A DNA stretch of 64,000 nt, taken from assembly GCA_964057225.1 (NCBI GenBank), contig OZ059897.1, positions 3,348,001 through 3,412,000 on the forward strand, written 5' to 3'. Below the pieces are notes generated by a model. That model had not been told where the DNA came from. It ran no database searches and saw only the letters and a program-made list of their open reading frames with translations. The stretch's first letter is position 1; every line of letters starts with the position of its first letter. Below are positions 41,900 through 57,200 of the stretch, in pieces. The stretch comes from Auanema rhodensis (taxonomy: Eukaryota; Animalia; Nematoda). Made by a program: the position numbers and the translations under genes.

Positions 41900-44800
41900 T
41901 TATCAGATTTGAGTTAGCTTAAAAATGCACCGAGATATCAACTGATATAGGTTCACACTTATATCCTCGATTTTCACCCTGAAGAAATGATTTTTTCGTT
42001 GAAAAACATTGTCCATCGTCTTCGTCATGAAAAAAGGAATCTAAAAACATCTACTTTTTGTGAAATTATTCAGAAATTTTTCGGGAAAATTTTTGTCAAA
42101 ATGTTTTTGGAAGCAATGTTGAGTGTACATGGGAACTCAACATACACTAATGCATTATTTTTCAAACGATCATAACTAATTTTTGTATAAAGCGTTTCTT
42201 AATGTAGTATAGTGCATTCGATGCGGATTTTTAAGCTGCGTCGATCTGTGTTATCAGATTTGAGTTAGCTTAAAAATGCACCGAGATATCAACAGATATA
42301 TGTTCACACTTATATCCTCGATTTTCACCCTGAAGAAATGATTTTTTCGTTGAAAAAACATTGTCCATCGTCTTTGCCTTGAAAAAAGGAATCTAAAAAC
42401 ATCTACTTTTTGTGAAATTATTCAGAAATTTTTCGGGAAAATTTTTGTCAAAATGTTTTTGGAAGCAATGTTGAGTGTACATGGGAACTCAACATACACT
42501 AATGCATTATTTTTCAAACGATAATAACTAATTTTTGTATAGAGCGTTTCTTAATGTAGTAAAGTGCATTCGATGCGGATTTTTAAGAGATATCAACTGA
42601 TATATGTTCACACTTATATCCTCGATTTTCACCCTGAAGAAATGATTTTTTCGTTGAAAAAACATTGTCCATCGTCTTTACCTTGAAAAAAGGAATCTAA
42701 AAACATCTACTTTTTGTGAAATTATCCAGAAATTTTTCGGGAAAATTTTTGTCAAAATGTTTTTGGAAGCAATGTTGAGTGTACATGGGAACTCAACATA
42801 CACTAATGCATTATTTTTCAAACGATAATAACTAATTTTTGTATAGAGCGTTTCTTAATGTAGTAAAGTGCATTCGATGCGGATTTTTAAGAGATATCAA
42901 CTGATATATGTTCACACTTATATCCTCGATTTTCACCCTGAAGAAATGATTTTTTCGTTGAAAAAACATTGTCCATCGTCTTTACCTTGAAAAAAGGAAT
43001 CTAAAAACATCTACTTTTTGTGAAATTATTCAGAAATTTTTCGGGAAAATTTTTGTCAAAATGTTTTTGGAAGCAATGTTGAGTGTACATGGGAACTCAA
43101 CATACACTAATGCATTATTTTTCAAACGATAATAACTAATTTTTGTATAGAGCGTTTCTTAATGTAGTAAAGTGCATTCGATGCGGATTTTTAAGTTGCG
43201 TTGATCTTTGTTATCAGATTTGAGTTAGCTTAAAAATGCACCGAGATATCAACTGATATATGTTCACACTTATATCCTCGATTTTCACCCTGAAGAAATG
43301 ATTTTTTCGTTGAATAACATTGTCCATCATCTTCGTCTTGAGAAAAGGAATCTAAAAACATCTACTTTTTGTGAAATTATTTAGAAATTTTTCGGGAAAA
43401 TTTTTGTCAAAATGTTTTTGGAAGCAATGTTGAGTGTACATGGGAACTCAACATACACTAATGCATTATTTTTCAAACGATCATAACTAATTTTTGTAAA
43501 TAGCGTTTCTCGATGTAGTATAGTGCACTCGATGCGGATTTTTAAGCTGCGTTGATCTGTGTTATCAGATTTGAGTTAACTTAAAAATGCACCGAGATAT
43601 CAACTGATATAGGTTCACACGTATATCCTCGATTTTCACCCTGAAGAAATGATTTTTTCGTTGAAAAACATTGTCCATCGTCTTCGTCATGAAAAAAGGA
43701 ATCTAAAAACATCTACTTTTTGTGAAATTATTCAGAAAATTTTCGGGAAAATTTTTGTCAAAATGTTTTTGGAAGCAATGTTGAGTGTACATGGGAACTC
43801 AACATACACTAATGCATTATTTTTCAAACGATCATAACTTATTTTTGTATAGAGCGTTTCTCAATGTAGTATGGTGCATTCGATGCGGATTTTTAAGCTG
43901 CGTCGATCTGTGTTATCCGATTTGAGCTAGCTTAAAAATGCACCGAGATATCAACTGATATATGTTCACACTTATATCCTCGATTTTCACCCTGAAGAAA
44001 TGATTTTTTGGTTGAAAAACATTGTCCATCGTCTTTGTCTTGAAAAAAGGAATCTAAAAACATCTACTTTTTGTGAAATTATTTAGAAATTTTTCAGGAA
44101 AATTTTTGTCAAAATGTTTTTGGAAGCAATGTTGAGTGTACATGGGAACTCAGCATACACTAATGCATTATTTTTCAAACGATCATAACTAATTTTTGTA
44201 TAAAGCGTTTCTTAATGTAGTATAGTGCATTAGATGCGGATTTTTAAGCTGCGTCGATCTGTGTTATCCGATTTGAGCTAGCTTAAAAATGTACCGAGAT
44301 ATCAACTGATATATGTTCACACTTATATCCTCGATTTTCACCCTGAAGAAATGATTTTTTGGTTGAAAAACATTGTCCATCGTCTTTGTCTTGAAAAAAG
44401 GAATCTAAAAACATCTACTTTTTGTGAAATTATTTAGAAATTTTTCAGGAAAATTTTTGTCAAAATGTTTTTGGAAGCAATGTTGAGTGTACATGGGAAC
44501 TCAGCATACACTAATGCATTATTTTTCAAACGATCATAACTAATTTTTGTATAAAGCGTTTCTTAATGTAGTATAGTGCATTCGATGCGGATTTTTAAGC
44601 TGCGTCGATCTGTGTTATCAGATTTGAGTTAGCTTAAAAATGCACCGAGATATCAACTGATATAGGTTCACACTTATATCCTCGATTTTCACCCTGAAGA
44701 AATGATTTTTTCGTTGAAAAACATTGTCCATCGTCTTCGTCATGAAAAAAGGAATCTAAAAACATCTACTTTTTGTGAAATTATTCAGAAATTTTTCGGG

Positions 44801-46750
44801 AAAATTTTTGTCAAAATGTTTTTGGAAGCAATGTTGAGTGTACATGGGAACTCAACATACACTAATGCATTATTTTTCAAACGATCATAACTAATTTTTG
44901 TATAAAGCGTTTCTTAATGTAGTATAGTGCATTCGATGCGGATTTTTAAGCTGCGTCGATCTGTGTTATCAGATTTGAGTTAGCTTAAAAATGCACCGAG
45001 ATATCAACTGATATATGTTCACACTTATATCCTCGATTTTCACCCTGAAGAAATGATTTTTTCGTTGAATAACATTGTCCATCGTCTTTGCCTTGAAAAA
45101 AGGAATCTAAAAACATCTACTTTTTGTGAAATTATTTAGAAATTTTTCGGGAAAATTTTTGTCAAAATGTTTTTGGAAGCAATGTTGAGTGTACATGGGA
45201 ACTCAACATACACTAATGCATTATTTTTCAAACGATAATAACTAATTTTTGTATAGAGCGTTTCTTAATGTAGTAAAGTGCATTCGATGCGGATTTTTAA
45301 GAGATATCAACTGATATATGTTCACACTTATATCCTCGATTTTCACCCTGAAGAAATGATTTTTTCGTTGAAAAAACATTGTCCATCGTCTTTACCTTGA
45401 AAAAAGGAATCTAAAAACATCTACTTTTTGTGAAATTATCCAGAAATTTTTCGGGAAAATTTTTGTCAAAATGTTTTTGGAAGCAATGTTGAGTGTACAT
45501 GGGAACTCAACATACACTAATGCATTATTTTTCAAACGATAATAACTAATTTTTGTATAGAGCGTTTCTTAATGTAGTAAAGTGCATTCGATGCGGATTT
45601 TCAAGAGATATCAACTGATATATGTTCACACTTATATCCTCGATTTTCACCCTGAAGAAATGATTTTTTCGTTGAAAAAACATTGTCCATCGTCTTTACC
45701 TTGAAAAAAGGAATCTAAAAACATCTACTTTTTGTGAAATTATTCAGAAATTTTTCGGGAAAATTTTTGTCAAAATGTTTTTGGAAGCAATGTTGAGTGT
45801 ACATGGGAACTCAACATACACTAATGCATTATTTTTCAAACGATAATAACTAATTTTTGTATAGAGCGTTTCTTAATGTAGTAAAGTGCATTCGATGCGG
45901 ATTTTTAAGTTGCGTTGATCTTTGTTATCAGATTTGAGTTAGCTTAAAAATGCACCGAGATATCAACTGATATATGTTCACACTTATATCCTCGATTTTC
46001 ACCCTGAAGAAATGATTTTTTCGTTGAATAACATTGTCCATCATCTTCGTCTTGAGAAAAGGAATCTAAAAACATCTACTTTTTGTGAAATTATTTAGAA
46101 ATTTTTCGGGAAAATTTTTGTCAAAATGTTTTTGGAAGCAATGTTGAGTGTACATGGGAACTCAACATACACTAATGCATTATTTTTCAAACGATCATAA
46201 CTAATTTTTGTAAATAGCGTTTCTCGATGTAGTATAGTGCACTCGATGCGGATTTTTAAGCTGCGTTGATCTGTGTTATCAGATTTGAGTTAACTTAAAA
46301 ATGCACCGAGATATCAACTGATATAGGTTCACACGTATATCCTCGATTTTCACCCTGAAGAAATGATTTTTTCGTTGAAAAACATTGTCCATCGTCTTCG
46401 TCATGAAAAAAGGAATCTAAAAACATCTACTTTTTGTGAAATTATTCAGAAAATTTTCGGGAAAATTTTTGTCAAAATGTTTTTGGAAGCAATGTTGAGT
46501 GTACATGGGAACTCAACATACACTAATGCATTATTTTTCAAACGATCATAACTTATTTTTGTATAGAGCGTTTCTCAATGTAGTATGGTGCATTCGATGC
46601 GGATTTTTAAGCTGCGTCGATCTGTGTTATCCGATTTGAGCTAGCTTAAAAATGCACCGAGATATCAACTGATATATGTTCACACTTATATCCTCGATTT
46701 TCACCCTGAAGAAATGATTTTTTGGTTGAAAAACATTGTCCATCGTCTTC
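41900..46750. repeat. 8-monomer unit (period ~2714 bp) containing two consecutive deleted monomers, nearly 2 copies
   Basis: Deletion junctions lie at 42587/45301 and 42891/45605, SNPs at 42680/45394 and 43621/46335, and ORFs at 43649/46363. Confidence 0.88.
42588..42891. repeat. Short 304-bp monomer variant with the 48-bp deletion (example; nine junctions in the window)
   Basis: The junction ...taag|agatatc (caag|agatatc at 45605) replaces taag-ctgcgtcg...gcaccg-agatatc. Junctions follow positions 28269, 34901, 42587, 42891, 45301, 45605, 59257, 60263 and 62324. Confidence 0.95.
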
Positions 46751-49700
46751 GTCTTGAAAAAAGGAATCTAAAAACATCTACTTTTTGTGAAATTATTTAG
46801 AAATTTTTCAGGAAAATTTTTGTCAAAATGTTTTTGGAAGCAATGTTGAGTGTACATGGGAACTCAACATACACTAATGCATTATTTTTCAAACGATCAT
46901 AACTTATTTTTGTATAGAGCGTTTCTCAATGTAGTATGGTGCATTCGATGCGGATTTTTAAGCTGCGTCGATCTGTGTTATCCGATTTGAGCTAGCTTAA
47001 AAATGTACCGAGATATCAACTGATATATGTTCACACTTATATCCTCGATTTTCACCCTGAAGAAATGATTTTTTGGTTGAAAAACATTGTCCATCGTCTT
47101 CGTCTTGAAAAAAGGAATCTAAAAACATCTACTTTTTGTGAAATTATTCAGAAAATTTTCGGGAAAATTTTTGTCAAAATGTTTTTGGAAGCAATGTTGA
47201 GTGTACATGGGAACTCAACATACACTAATGCATTATTTTTCAAACGATCATAACTTATTTTTGTATAGAGCGTTTCTCAATGTAGTATGGTGCATTCGAT
47301 GCGGATTTTTAAGCTGCGTCGATCTGTGTTATCCGATTTGAGCTAGCTTAAAAATGTACCGAGATATCAACTGATATATGTTCACACTTATATCCTCGAT
47401 TTTCACCCTGAAGAAATGATTTTTTGGTTGAAAAACATTGTCCATCGTCTTTGTCTTGAAAAAAGGAATCTAAAAACATCTACTTTTTGTGAAATTATTT
47501 AGAAATTTTTCAGGAAAATTTTTGTCAAAATGTTTTTGGAAGCAATGTTGAGTGTACATGGGAACTCAGCATACACTAATGCATTATTTTTCAAACGATC
47601 ATAACTAATTTTTGTATTAAGCGTTTATCAATGTAGTATAGTGCATTCGATGCGGATTTTTAAGCTGCGTCGATCTGTGTTATCGGATTTGAGTTAACTT
47701 AAAAATGCACCGAGATATCAACTGATATAGGTTCACACTTATATCCTCGATTTTCACCCTGAAGAAATGATTTTTTCGTTGAAAAACATTGTCCATCGTC
47801 TTCGTCATGAAAAAAGGAATCTAAAAACATCTACTTTTTGTGAAATTATTCAGAAAATTTTCGGGAAAATTTTTGTCAAAATGTTTTTGGAAGCAATGTT
47901 GAGTGTACATGGGAACTCAACATACACTAATGCATTATTTTTCAAACGATCATAACTTATTTTTGTATAGAGCGTTTCTCAATGTAGTATGGTGCATTCG
48001 ATGCGGATTTTTAAGCTGCGTCGATCTGTGTTATCCGATTTGAGCTAGCTTAAAAATGCACCGAGATATCAACTGATATATGTTCACACTTATATCCTCG
48101 ATTTTCACCCTGAAGAAATGATTTTTTGGTTGAAAAACATTGTCCATCGTCTTCGTCTTGAAAAAAGGAATCTAAAAACATCTACTTTTTGTGAAATTAT
48201 TTAGAAATTTTTCAGGAAAATTTTTGTCAAAATGTTTTTGGAAGCAATGTTGAGTGTACATGGGAACTCAACATACACTAATGCATTATTTTTCAAACGA
48301 TCATAACTTATTTTTGTATAGAGCGTTTCTCAATGTAGTATGGTGCATTCGATGCGGATTTTTAAGCTGCGTCGATCTGTGTTATCCGATTTGAGCTAGC
48401 TTAAAAATGTACCGAGATATCAACTGATATATGTTCACACTTATATCCTCGATTTTCACCCTGAAGAAATGATTTTTTGGTTGAAAAACATTGTCCATCG
48501 TCTTTGTCTTGAAAAAAGGAATCTAAAAACATCTACTTTTTGTGAAATTATTTAGAAATTTTTCAGGAAAATTTTTGTCAAAATGTTTTTGGAAGCAATG
48601 TTGAGTGTACATGGGAACTCAGCATACACTAATGCATTATTTTTCAAACGATCATAACTAATTTTTGTATTAAGCGTTTATCAATGTAGTATAGTGCATT
48701 CGATGCGGATTTTTAAGCTGCGTCGATCTGTGTTATCAGATTTGAGCTAGCTTAAAAATGCACCGAGATATCAACTGATATATGTTCACACTTATATCCT
48801 CGATTTTCACCCTGAAGAAATGATTTTTTGGTTGAAAAACATTGTCCATCGTCTTCGTCTTGAAAAAAGGAATCTAAAAACATCTACTTTTTGTGAAATT
48901 ATTTAGAAATTTTTCAGGAAAATTTTTGTCAAAATGTTTTTGGAAGCAATGTTGAGTGTACATGGGAACTCAACATACACTAATGCATTATTTTTCAAAC
49001 GATCATAACTTATTTTTGTATAGAGCGTTTCTCAATGTAGTATGGTGCATTCGATGCGGATTTTTAAGCTGCGTCGATCTGTGTTATCCGATTTGAGCTA
49101 GCTTAAAAATGTACCGAGATATCAACTGATATATGTTCACACTTATATCCTCGATTTTCACCCTGAAGAAATGATTTTTTGGTTGAATAACATTGTCCAT
49201 CGTCTTTGTCTTGAAAAAAGGAATCTAGAAACATCTACTTTTTGTGAAATTATTTAGAAATTTTTCAGGAAAATTTTTGTCAAAATGTTTTTGGAAGCAA
49301 TGTTGAGTGTACATGGGAACTCAGCATACACTAATGCATTATTTTTCAAACGATCATAACTAATTTTTGTTTAAAGCGTTTCTTAATGTAGTATAGTGCA
49401 TTCGATGCGGATTTTTAAGCTGCGTCGATCTGTGTTATCAGATTTGAGTTAGCTTAAAAATGCACCGAGATATCAACTGATATATGTTCACACTTATATC
49501 CTCGATTTTCACCCTGAAGAAATGATTTTTTCGTTGAAAAAACATTGTCCATCGTCTTTGCCTTGAAAAAAGGAATCTAAAAACATCTACTTTTTGTGAA
49601 ATTATTTAGAAATTTTTCGGGAAAATTTTTGTCAAAATGTTTTTGGAAGCAATGTTGAGTGTACATGGGAACTCAACATACACTAATGCATTATTTTTCA

Positions 49701-50289
49701 AACGATCATAACTTATTTTTGTATAGAGCGTTTCTCAATGTAGTATGGTGCATTCGATGCGGATTTTTAAGCTGCGTCGATCTGTGTTATCAGATTTGAG
49801 TTAGCTTAAAAATGCACCGAGATATCAACTGATATATGTTCACACTTATATCCTCGATTTTCACCCTGAAGAAATGATTTTTTCGTTGAATAACATTGTC
49901 CATCATCTTCGTCTTGAGAAAAGGAATCTAAAAACATCTACTTTTTGTGAAATTATTTAGAAATTTTTCGGGAAAATTTTTGTCAAAATGTTTTTGGAAG
50001 CAATGTTGAGTGTACATGGGAACTCAACATACACTAATGCATTATTTTTCAAACGATCATAACTAATTTTTGTAAATAGCGTTTCTCGATGTAGTATAGT
50101 GCACTCGATGCGGATTTTTAAGCTGCGTTGATCTGTGTTATCAGATTTGAGTTAACTTAAAAATGCACCGAGATATCAACTGATATAGGTTCACACGTAT
50201 ATCCTCGATTTTCACCCTGAAGAAATGATTTTTTCGTTGAAAAACATTGTCCATCGTCTTCGTCATGAAAAAAGGAATCTAAAAACATC

Positions 50290-53200
50290 TACTTTTTGTG
50301 AAATTATTCAGAAAATTTTCGGGAAAATTTTTGTCAAAATGTTTTTGGAAGCAATGTTGAGTGTACATGGGAACTCAACATACACTAATGCATTATTTTT
50401 CAAACGATCATAACTTATTTTTGTATAGAGCGTTTCTCAATGTAGTATGGTGCATTCGATGCGGATTTTTAAGCTGCGTCGATCTGTGTTATCCGATTTG
50501 AGTTAGCTTAAAAATGCACCGAGATATCAACTGATATATGTTCACACTTATATCCTCGATTTTCACCCTGAAGAAATGATTTTTTCGTTGAAAAAACATT
50601 GTCCATCGTCTTTGCCTTGAAAAAAGGAATCTAAAAACATCTACTTTTCGTGAAATTATTTAGAAATTTTTCGGGAAAATTTTTGTCAAAATGTTTTTGG
50701 AAGCAATGTTGAGTGTACATGGGAACTCAACATACACTAATGCATTATTTTTCAAACGATCATAACTTATTTTTGTATAGAGCGTTTCTCAATGTAGTAT
50801 GGTGCATTCGATGCGGATTTTTAAGCTGCGTCGATCTGTGTTATCAGATTTGAGTTAGCTTAAAAATGCACCGAGATATCAACTGATATATGTTCACACT
50901 TATATCCTCGATTTTCACCCTGAAGAAATGATTTTTTCGTTGAATAACATTGTCCATCATCTTCGTCTTGAGAAAAGGAATCTAAAAACATCTACTTTTT
51001 GTGAAATTATTTAGAAATTTTTCGGGAAAATTTTTGTCAAAATGTTTTTGGAAGCAATGTTGAGTGTACATGGGAACTCAACATACACTAATGCATTATT
51101 TTTCAAACGATCATAACTAATTTTTGTAAATAGCGTTTCTCGATGTAGTATAGTGCACTCGATGCGGATTTTTAAGCTGCGTTGATCTGTGTTATCAGAT
51201 TTGAGTTAACTTAAAAATGCACCGAGATATCAACTGATATAGGTTCACACGTATATCCTCGATTTTCACCCTGAAGAAATGATTTTTTCGTTGAAAAACA
51301 TTGTCCATCGTCTTCGTCATGAAAAAAGGAATCTAAAAACATCTACTTTTAGTGAAATTATTCAGAAAATTTTCGGGAAAATTTTTGTCAAAATGTTTTT
51401 GGAAGCAATGTTGAGTGTACATGGGAACTCAACATACACTAATGCATTATTTTTCAAACGATCATAACTTATTTTTGTATAGAGCGTTTCTCAATGTAGT
51501 ATGGTGCATTCGATGCGGATTTTTAAGCTGCGTCGATCTGTGTTATCCGATTTGAGCTAGCTTAAAAATGCACCGAGATATCAACTGATATATGTTCACA
51601 CTTATATCCTCGATTTTCACCCTGAAGAAATGATTTTTTGGTTGAAAAACATTGTCCATCGTCTTCGTCTTGAAAAAAGGAATCTAAAAACATCTACTTT
51701 TTGTGAAATTATTTAGAAATTTTTCAGGAAAATTTTTGTCAAAATGTTTTTGGAAGCAATGTTGAGTGTACATGGGAACTCAACATACACTAATGCATTA
51801 TTTTTCAAACGATCATAACTTATTTTTGTATAGAGCGTTTCTCAATGTAGTATGGTGCATTCGATGCGGATTTTTAAGCTGCGTCGATCTGTGTTATCCG
51901 ATTTGAGCTAGCTTAAAAATGTACCGAGATATCAACTGATATATGTTCACACTTATATCCTCGATTTTCACCCTGAAGAAATGATTTTTTGGTTGAAAAA
52001 CATTGTCCATCGTCTTTGTCTTGAAAAAAGGAATCTAAAAACATCTACTTTTTGTGAAATTATTTAGAAATTTTTCAGGAAAATTTTTGTCAAAATGTTT
52101 TTGGAAGCAATGTTGAGTGTACATGGGAACTCAGCATACACTAATGCATTATTTTTCAAACGATCATAACTAATTTTTGTATAAAGCGTTTCTTAATGTA
52201 GTATAGTGCATTCGATGCGGATTTTCAAGCTGCGTCGATCTGTGTTATCAGATTTGAGTTAGCTTAAAAATGCACCGAGATATCAACTGATATATGTTCA
52301 CACTTATATCCTCGATTTTCACCCTGAAGAAATGATTTTTTCGTTGAAAAAACATTGTCCATCGTCTTTGTCTTGAAAAAAGGAATCTAAAAACATCTAC
52401 TTTTTGTGAAATTATTTAGAAATTTTTCAGGAAAATTTTTGTCAAAATGTTTTTGGAAGCAATGTTGAGTGTACATGGGAACTCAGCATACACTAATGCA
52501 TTATTTTTCAAACGATCATAACTAATTTTTGTATAAATCGTTTCTTAATGTAGTATAGTGCATTCGATGCGGATTTTTAAGCTGCGTCGATCTGTGTTAT
52601 CAGATTTGAGTTAGCTTAAAAATGCACCGAGATATCAACTGATATATGTTCACACTTATATCCTCGATTTTCACCCTGAAGAAATAATTTTTTCGTTGAA
52701 AAAACATTGTCCATCGTCTTTGTCTTGAAAAAAGTAATCTAAAAACATCTACTTTTTGTGAAATTATTCAGAAAATTTTCGGGAAAATTTTTGTCAAAAT
52801 GTTTTTGGAAGCAATGTTGAGTGTACATGGGAACTCAACATACACTAATGCATTATTTTTCAAACGATCATAACTTATTTTTGTATAGAGCGTTTCTCAA
52901 TGTAGTATGGTGCATTCGATGCGGATTTTTAAGCTGCGTCGATCTGTGTTATCCGATTTGAGTTAGCTTAAAAATGCACCGAGATATCAACTGATATATG
53001 TTCACACTTATATCCTCGATTTTCACCCTGAAGAAATGATTTTTTCGTTGAAAAAACATTGTCCATCGTCTTTGCCTTGAAAAAAGGAATCTAAAAACAT
53101 CTACTTTTCGTGAAATTATTTAGAAATTTTTCGGGAAAATTTTTGTCAAAATGTTTTTGGAAGCAATGTTGAGTGTACATGGGAACTCAACATACACTAA

Positions 53201-56200
53201 TGCATTATTTTTCAAACGATCATAACTTATTTTTGTATAGAGCGTTTCTCAATGTAGTATGGTGCATTCGATGCGGATTTTTAAGCTGCGTCGATCTGTG
53301 TTATCAGATTTGAGTTAGCTTAAAAATGCACCGAGATATCAACTGATATATGTTCACACTTATATCCTCGATTTTCACCCTGAAGAAATGATTTTTTCGT
53401 TGAATAACATTGTCCATCATCTTCGTCTTGAGAAAAGGAATCTAAAAACATCTACTTTTTGTGAAATTATTTAGAAATTTTTCGGGAAAATTTTTGTCAA
53501 AATGTTTTTGGAAGCAATGTTGAGTGTACATGGGAACTCAACATACACTAATGCATTATTTTTCAAACGATCATAACTAATTTTTGTAAATAGCGTTTCT
53601 CGATGTAGTATAGTGCACTCGATGCGGATTTTTAAGCTGCGTTGATCTGTGTTATCAGATTTGAGTTAACTTAAAAATGCACCGAGATATCAACTGATAT
53701 AGGTTCACACGTATATCCTCGATTTTCACCCTGAAGAAATGATTTTTTCGTTGAAAAACATTGTCCATCGTCTTCGTCATGAAAAAAGGAATCTAAAAAC
53801 ATCTACTTTTAGTGAAATTATTCAGAAAATTTTCGGGAAAATTTTTGTCAAAATGTTTTTGGAAGCAATGTTGAGTGTACATGGGAACTCAACATACACT
53901 AATGCATTATTTTTCAAACGATCATAACTTATTTTTGTATAGAGCGTTTCTCAATGTAGTATGGTGCATTCGATGCGGATTTTTAAGCTGCGTCGATCTG
54001 TGTTATCCGATTTGAGCTAGCTTAAAAATGCACCGAGATATCAACTGATATATGTTCACACTTATATCCTCGATTTTCACCCTGAAGAAATGATTTTTTG
54101 GTTGAAAAACATTGTCCATCGTCTTCGTCTTGAAAAAAGGAATCTAAAAACATCTACTTTTTGTGAAATTATTTAGAAATTTTTCAGGAAAATTTTTGTC
54201 AAAATGTTTTTGGAAGCAATGTTGAGTGTACATGGGAACTCAACATACACTAATGCATTATTTTTCAAACGATCATAACTTATTTTTGTATAGAGCGTTT
54301 CTCAATGTAGTATGGTGCATTCGATGCGGATTTTTAAGCTGCGTCGATCTGTGTTATCCGATTTGAGCTAGCTTAAAAATGTACCGAGATATCAACTGAT
54401 ATATGTTCACACTTATATCCTCGATTTTCACCCTGAAGAAATGATTTTTTGGTTGAAAAACATTGTCCATCGTCTTTGTCTTGAAAAAAGGAATCTAAAA
54501 ACATCTACTTTTTGTGAAATTATTTAGAAATTTTTCAGGAAAATTTTTGTCAAAATGTTTTTGGAAGCAATGTTGAGTGTACATGGGAACTCAGCATACA
54601 CTAATGCATTATTTTTCAAACGATCATAACTAATTTTTGTATAAAGCGTTTCTTAATGTAGTATAGTGCATTCGATGCGGATTTTCAAGCTGCGTCGATC
54701 TGTGTTATCAGATTTGAGTTAGCTTAAAAATGCACCGAGATATCAACTGATATATGTTCACACTTATATCCTCGATTTTCACCCTGAAGAAATGATTTTT
54801 TCGTTGAAAAAACATTGTCCATCGTCTTTGTCTTGAAAAAAGGAATCTAAAAACATCTACTTTTTGTGAAATTATTTAGAAATTTTTCAGGAAAATTTTT
54901 GTCAAAATGTTTTTGGAAGCAATGTTGAGTGTACATGGGAACTCAGCATACACTAATGCATTATTTTTCAAACGATCATAACTAATTTTTGTATAAATCG
55001 TTTCTTAATGTAGTATAGTGCATTCGATGCGGATTTTTAAGCTGCGTCGATCTGTGTTATCAGATTTGAGTTAGCTTAAAAATGCACCGAGATATCAACT
55101 GATATATGTTCACACTTATATCCTCGATTTTCACCCTGAAGAAATGATTTTTTCGTTGAAAAAACATTGTCCATCGTCTTTGTCTTGAAAAAAGTAATCT
55201 AAAAACATCTACTTTTTGTGAAATTATTTAGAAATTTTTCAGGAAAATTTTTGTCAAAATGTTTTTGGAAGCAATGTTGAGTGTACATGGGAACTCAGCA
55301 TACACTAATGCATTATTTTTCAAACGATCATAACTAATTTTTGTATAAAGCGTTTCTTAATGTAGTATAGTGCATTCGATGCGGATTTTTAAGCTGCGTC
55401 GATCTGTGTTATCAGATTTGAGTTAGCTTAAAAATGCACCGAGATATCAACTGATATATGTTCACACTTATATCCTCGATTTTCACCCTGAAGAAATGAT
55501 TTTTTCGTTGAAAAAACATTGTCCATCGTCTTTGCCTTGAAAAAAGGAATCTAAAAACATCTACTTTTTGTGAAATTATTTAGAAATTTTTCGGGAAAAT
55601 TTTTGTCAAAATGTTTTTGGAAGCAATGTTGAGTGTACATGGGAACTCAACATACACTAATGCATTATTTTTCAAACGATCATAACTTATTTTTGTATAG
55701 AGCGTTTCTCAATGTAGTATGGTGCATTCGATGCGGATTTTTAAGCTGCGTCGATCTGTGTTATCAGATTTGAGTTAGCTTAAAAATGCACCGAGATATC
55801 AACTGATATATGTTCACACTTATATCCTCGATTTTCACCCTGAAGAAATGATTTTTTCGTTGAATAACATTGTCCATCATCTTCGTCTTGAGAAAAGGAA
55901 TCTAAAAACATCTACTTTTTGTGAAATTATTTAGAAATTTTTCGGGAAAATTTTTATCAAAATGTTTTTGGAAGCAATGTTGAGTGTACATGGGAACTCA
56001 ACATACACTAATGCATTATTTTTCAAACGATCATAACTAATTTTTGTAAATAGCGTTTCTCGATGTAGTATAGTGCACTCGATGCGGATTTTTAAGCTGC
56101 GTTGATCTGTGTTATCAGATTTGAGTTAACTTAAAAATGCACCGAGATATCAACTGATATAGGTTCACACGTATATCCTCGATTTTCACCCTGAAGAAAT

Positions 56201-57200
56201 GATTTTTTCGTTGAAAAACATTGTCCATCGTCTTCGTCATGAAAAAAGGAATCTAAAAACATCTACTTTTTGTGAAATTATTCAGAAAATTTTCGGGAAA
56301 ATTTTTGTCAAAATGTTTTTGGAAGCAATGTTGAGTGTACATGGGAACTCAACATACACTAATGCATTATTTTTCAAACGATCATAACTTATTTTTGTAT
56401 AGAGCGTTTCTCAATGTAGTATGGTGCATTCGATGCGGATTTTTAAGCTGCGTCGATCTGTGTTATCCGATTTGAGCTTGCTTAAAAATGCACCGAGATA
56501 TCAACTGATATATGTTCACACTTATATCCTCGATTTTCACCCTGAAGAAATGATTTTTCGGTTGAAAAACATTGTCCATCGTCTTCGTCTTGAAAAAAGG
56601 AATCTAAAAACATCTACTTTTTGTGAAATTATTTAGAAATTTTTCAGGAAAATTTTTGTCAAAATGTTTTTGGAAGCAATGTTGAGTGTACATGGGAACT
56701 CAACATACACTAATGCATTATTTTTCAAACGATCATAACTTATTTTTGTATAGAGCGTTTCTCAATGTAGTATGGTGCATTCGATGCGGATTTTTAAGCT
56801 GCGTCGATCTGTGTTATCCGATTTGAGCTAGCTTAAAAATGTACCGAGATATCAACTGATATATGTTCACACTTATATCCTCGATTTTCACCCTGAAGAA
56901 ATGATTTTTTGGTTGAAAAACATTGTCCATCGTCTTTGTCTTGAAAAAAGGAATCTAAAAACATCTACTTTTTGTGAAATTATTTAGAAATTTTTCAGGA
57001 AAATTTTTGTCAAAATGTTTTTGGAAGCAATGTTGAGTGTACATGGGAACTCAGCATACACTAATGCATTATTTTTCAAACGATCATAACTAATTTTTGT
57101 ATAAAGCGTTTCTTAATGTAGTATAGTGCATTCGATGCGGATTTTTAAGCTGCGTCGATCTGTGTTATCAGATTTGAGTTAGCTTAAAAATGCACCGAGA
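50290..57200. repeat. 7-monomer HOR-like unit (period 2460 bp), two near-identical copies plus a diverged partial third
   Basis: ORFs start at 51279/53739/56199. Rare SNPs lie at 50649/53109, 51351/53811 and 52735/55195. Confidence 0.88.

Noticed and set aside
259-56636. Repeated 61-62 aa ORF (MIFSLKNIVHRLRHEKRN...) and the 63-75 aa ORFs, as a tandem gene family
   Set aside because: The ORF is intact in only ~33 of ~183 monomers. The rest lose it through a TAG (tttag), the A6 frameshift or loss of the ATG. It has no recognisable domain, and its F/K/I-rich composition simply reflects A/T tracts.
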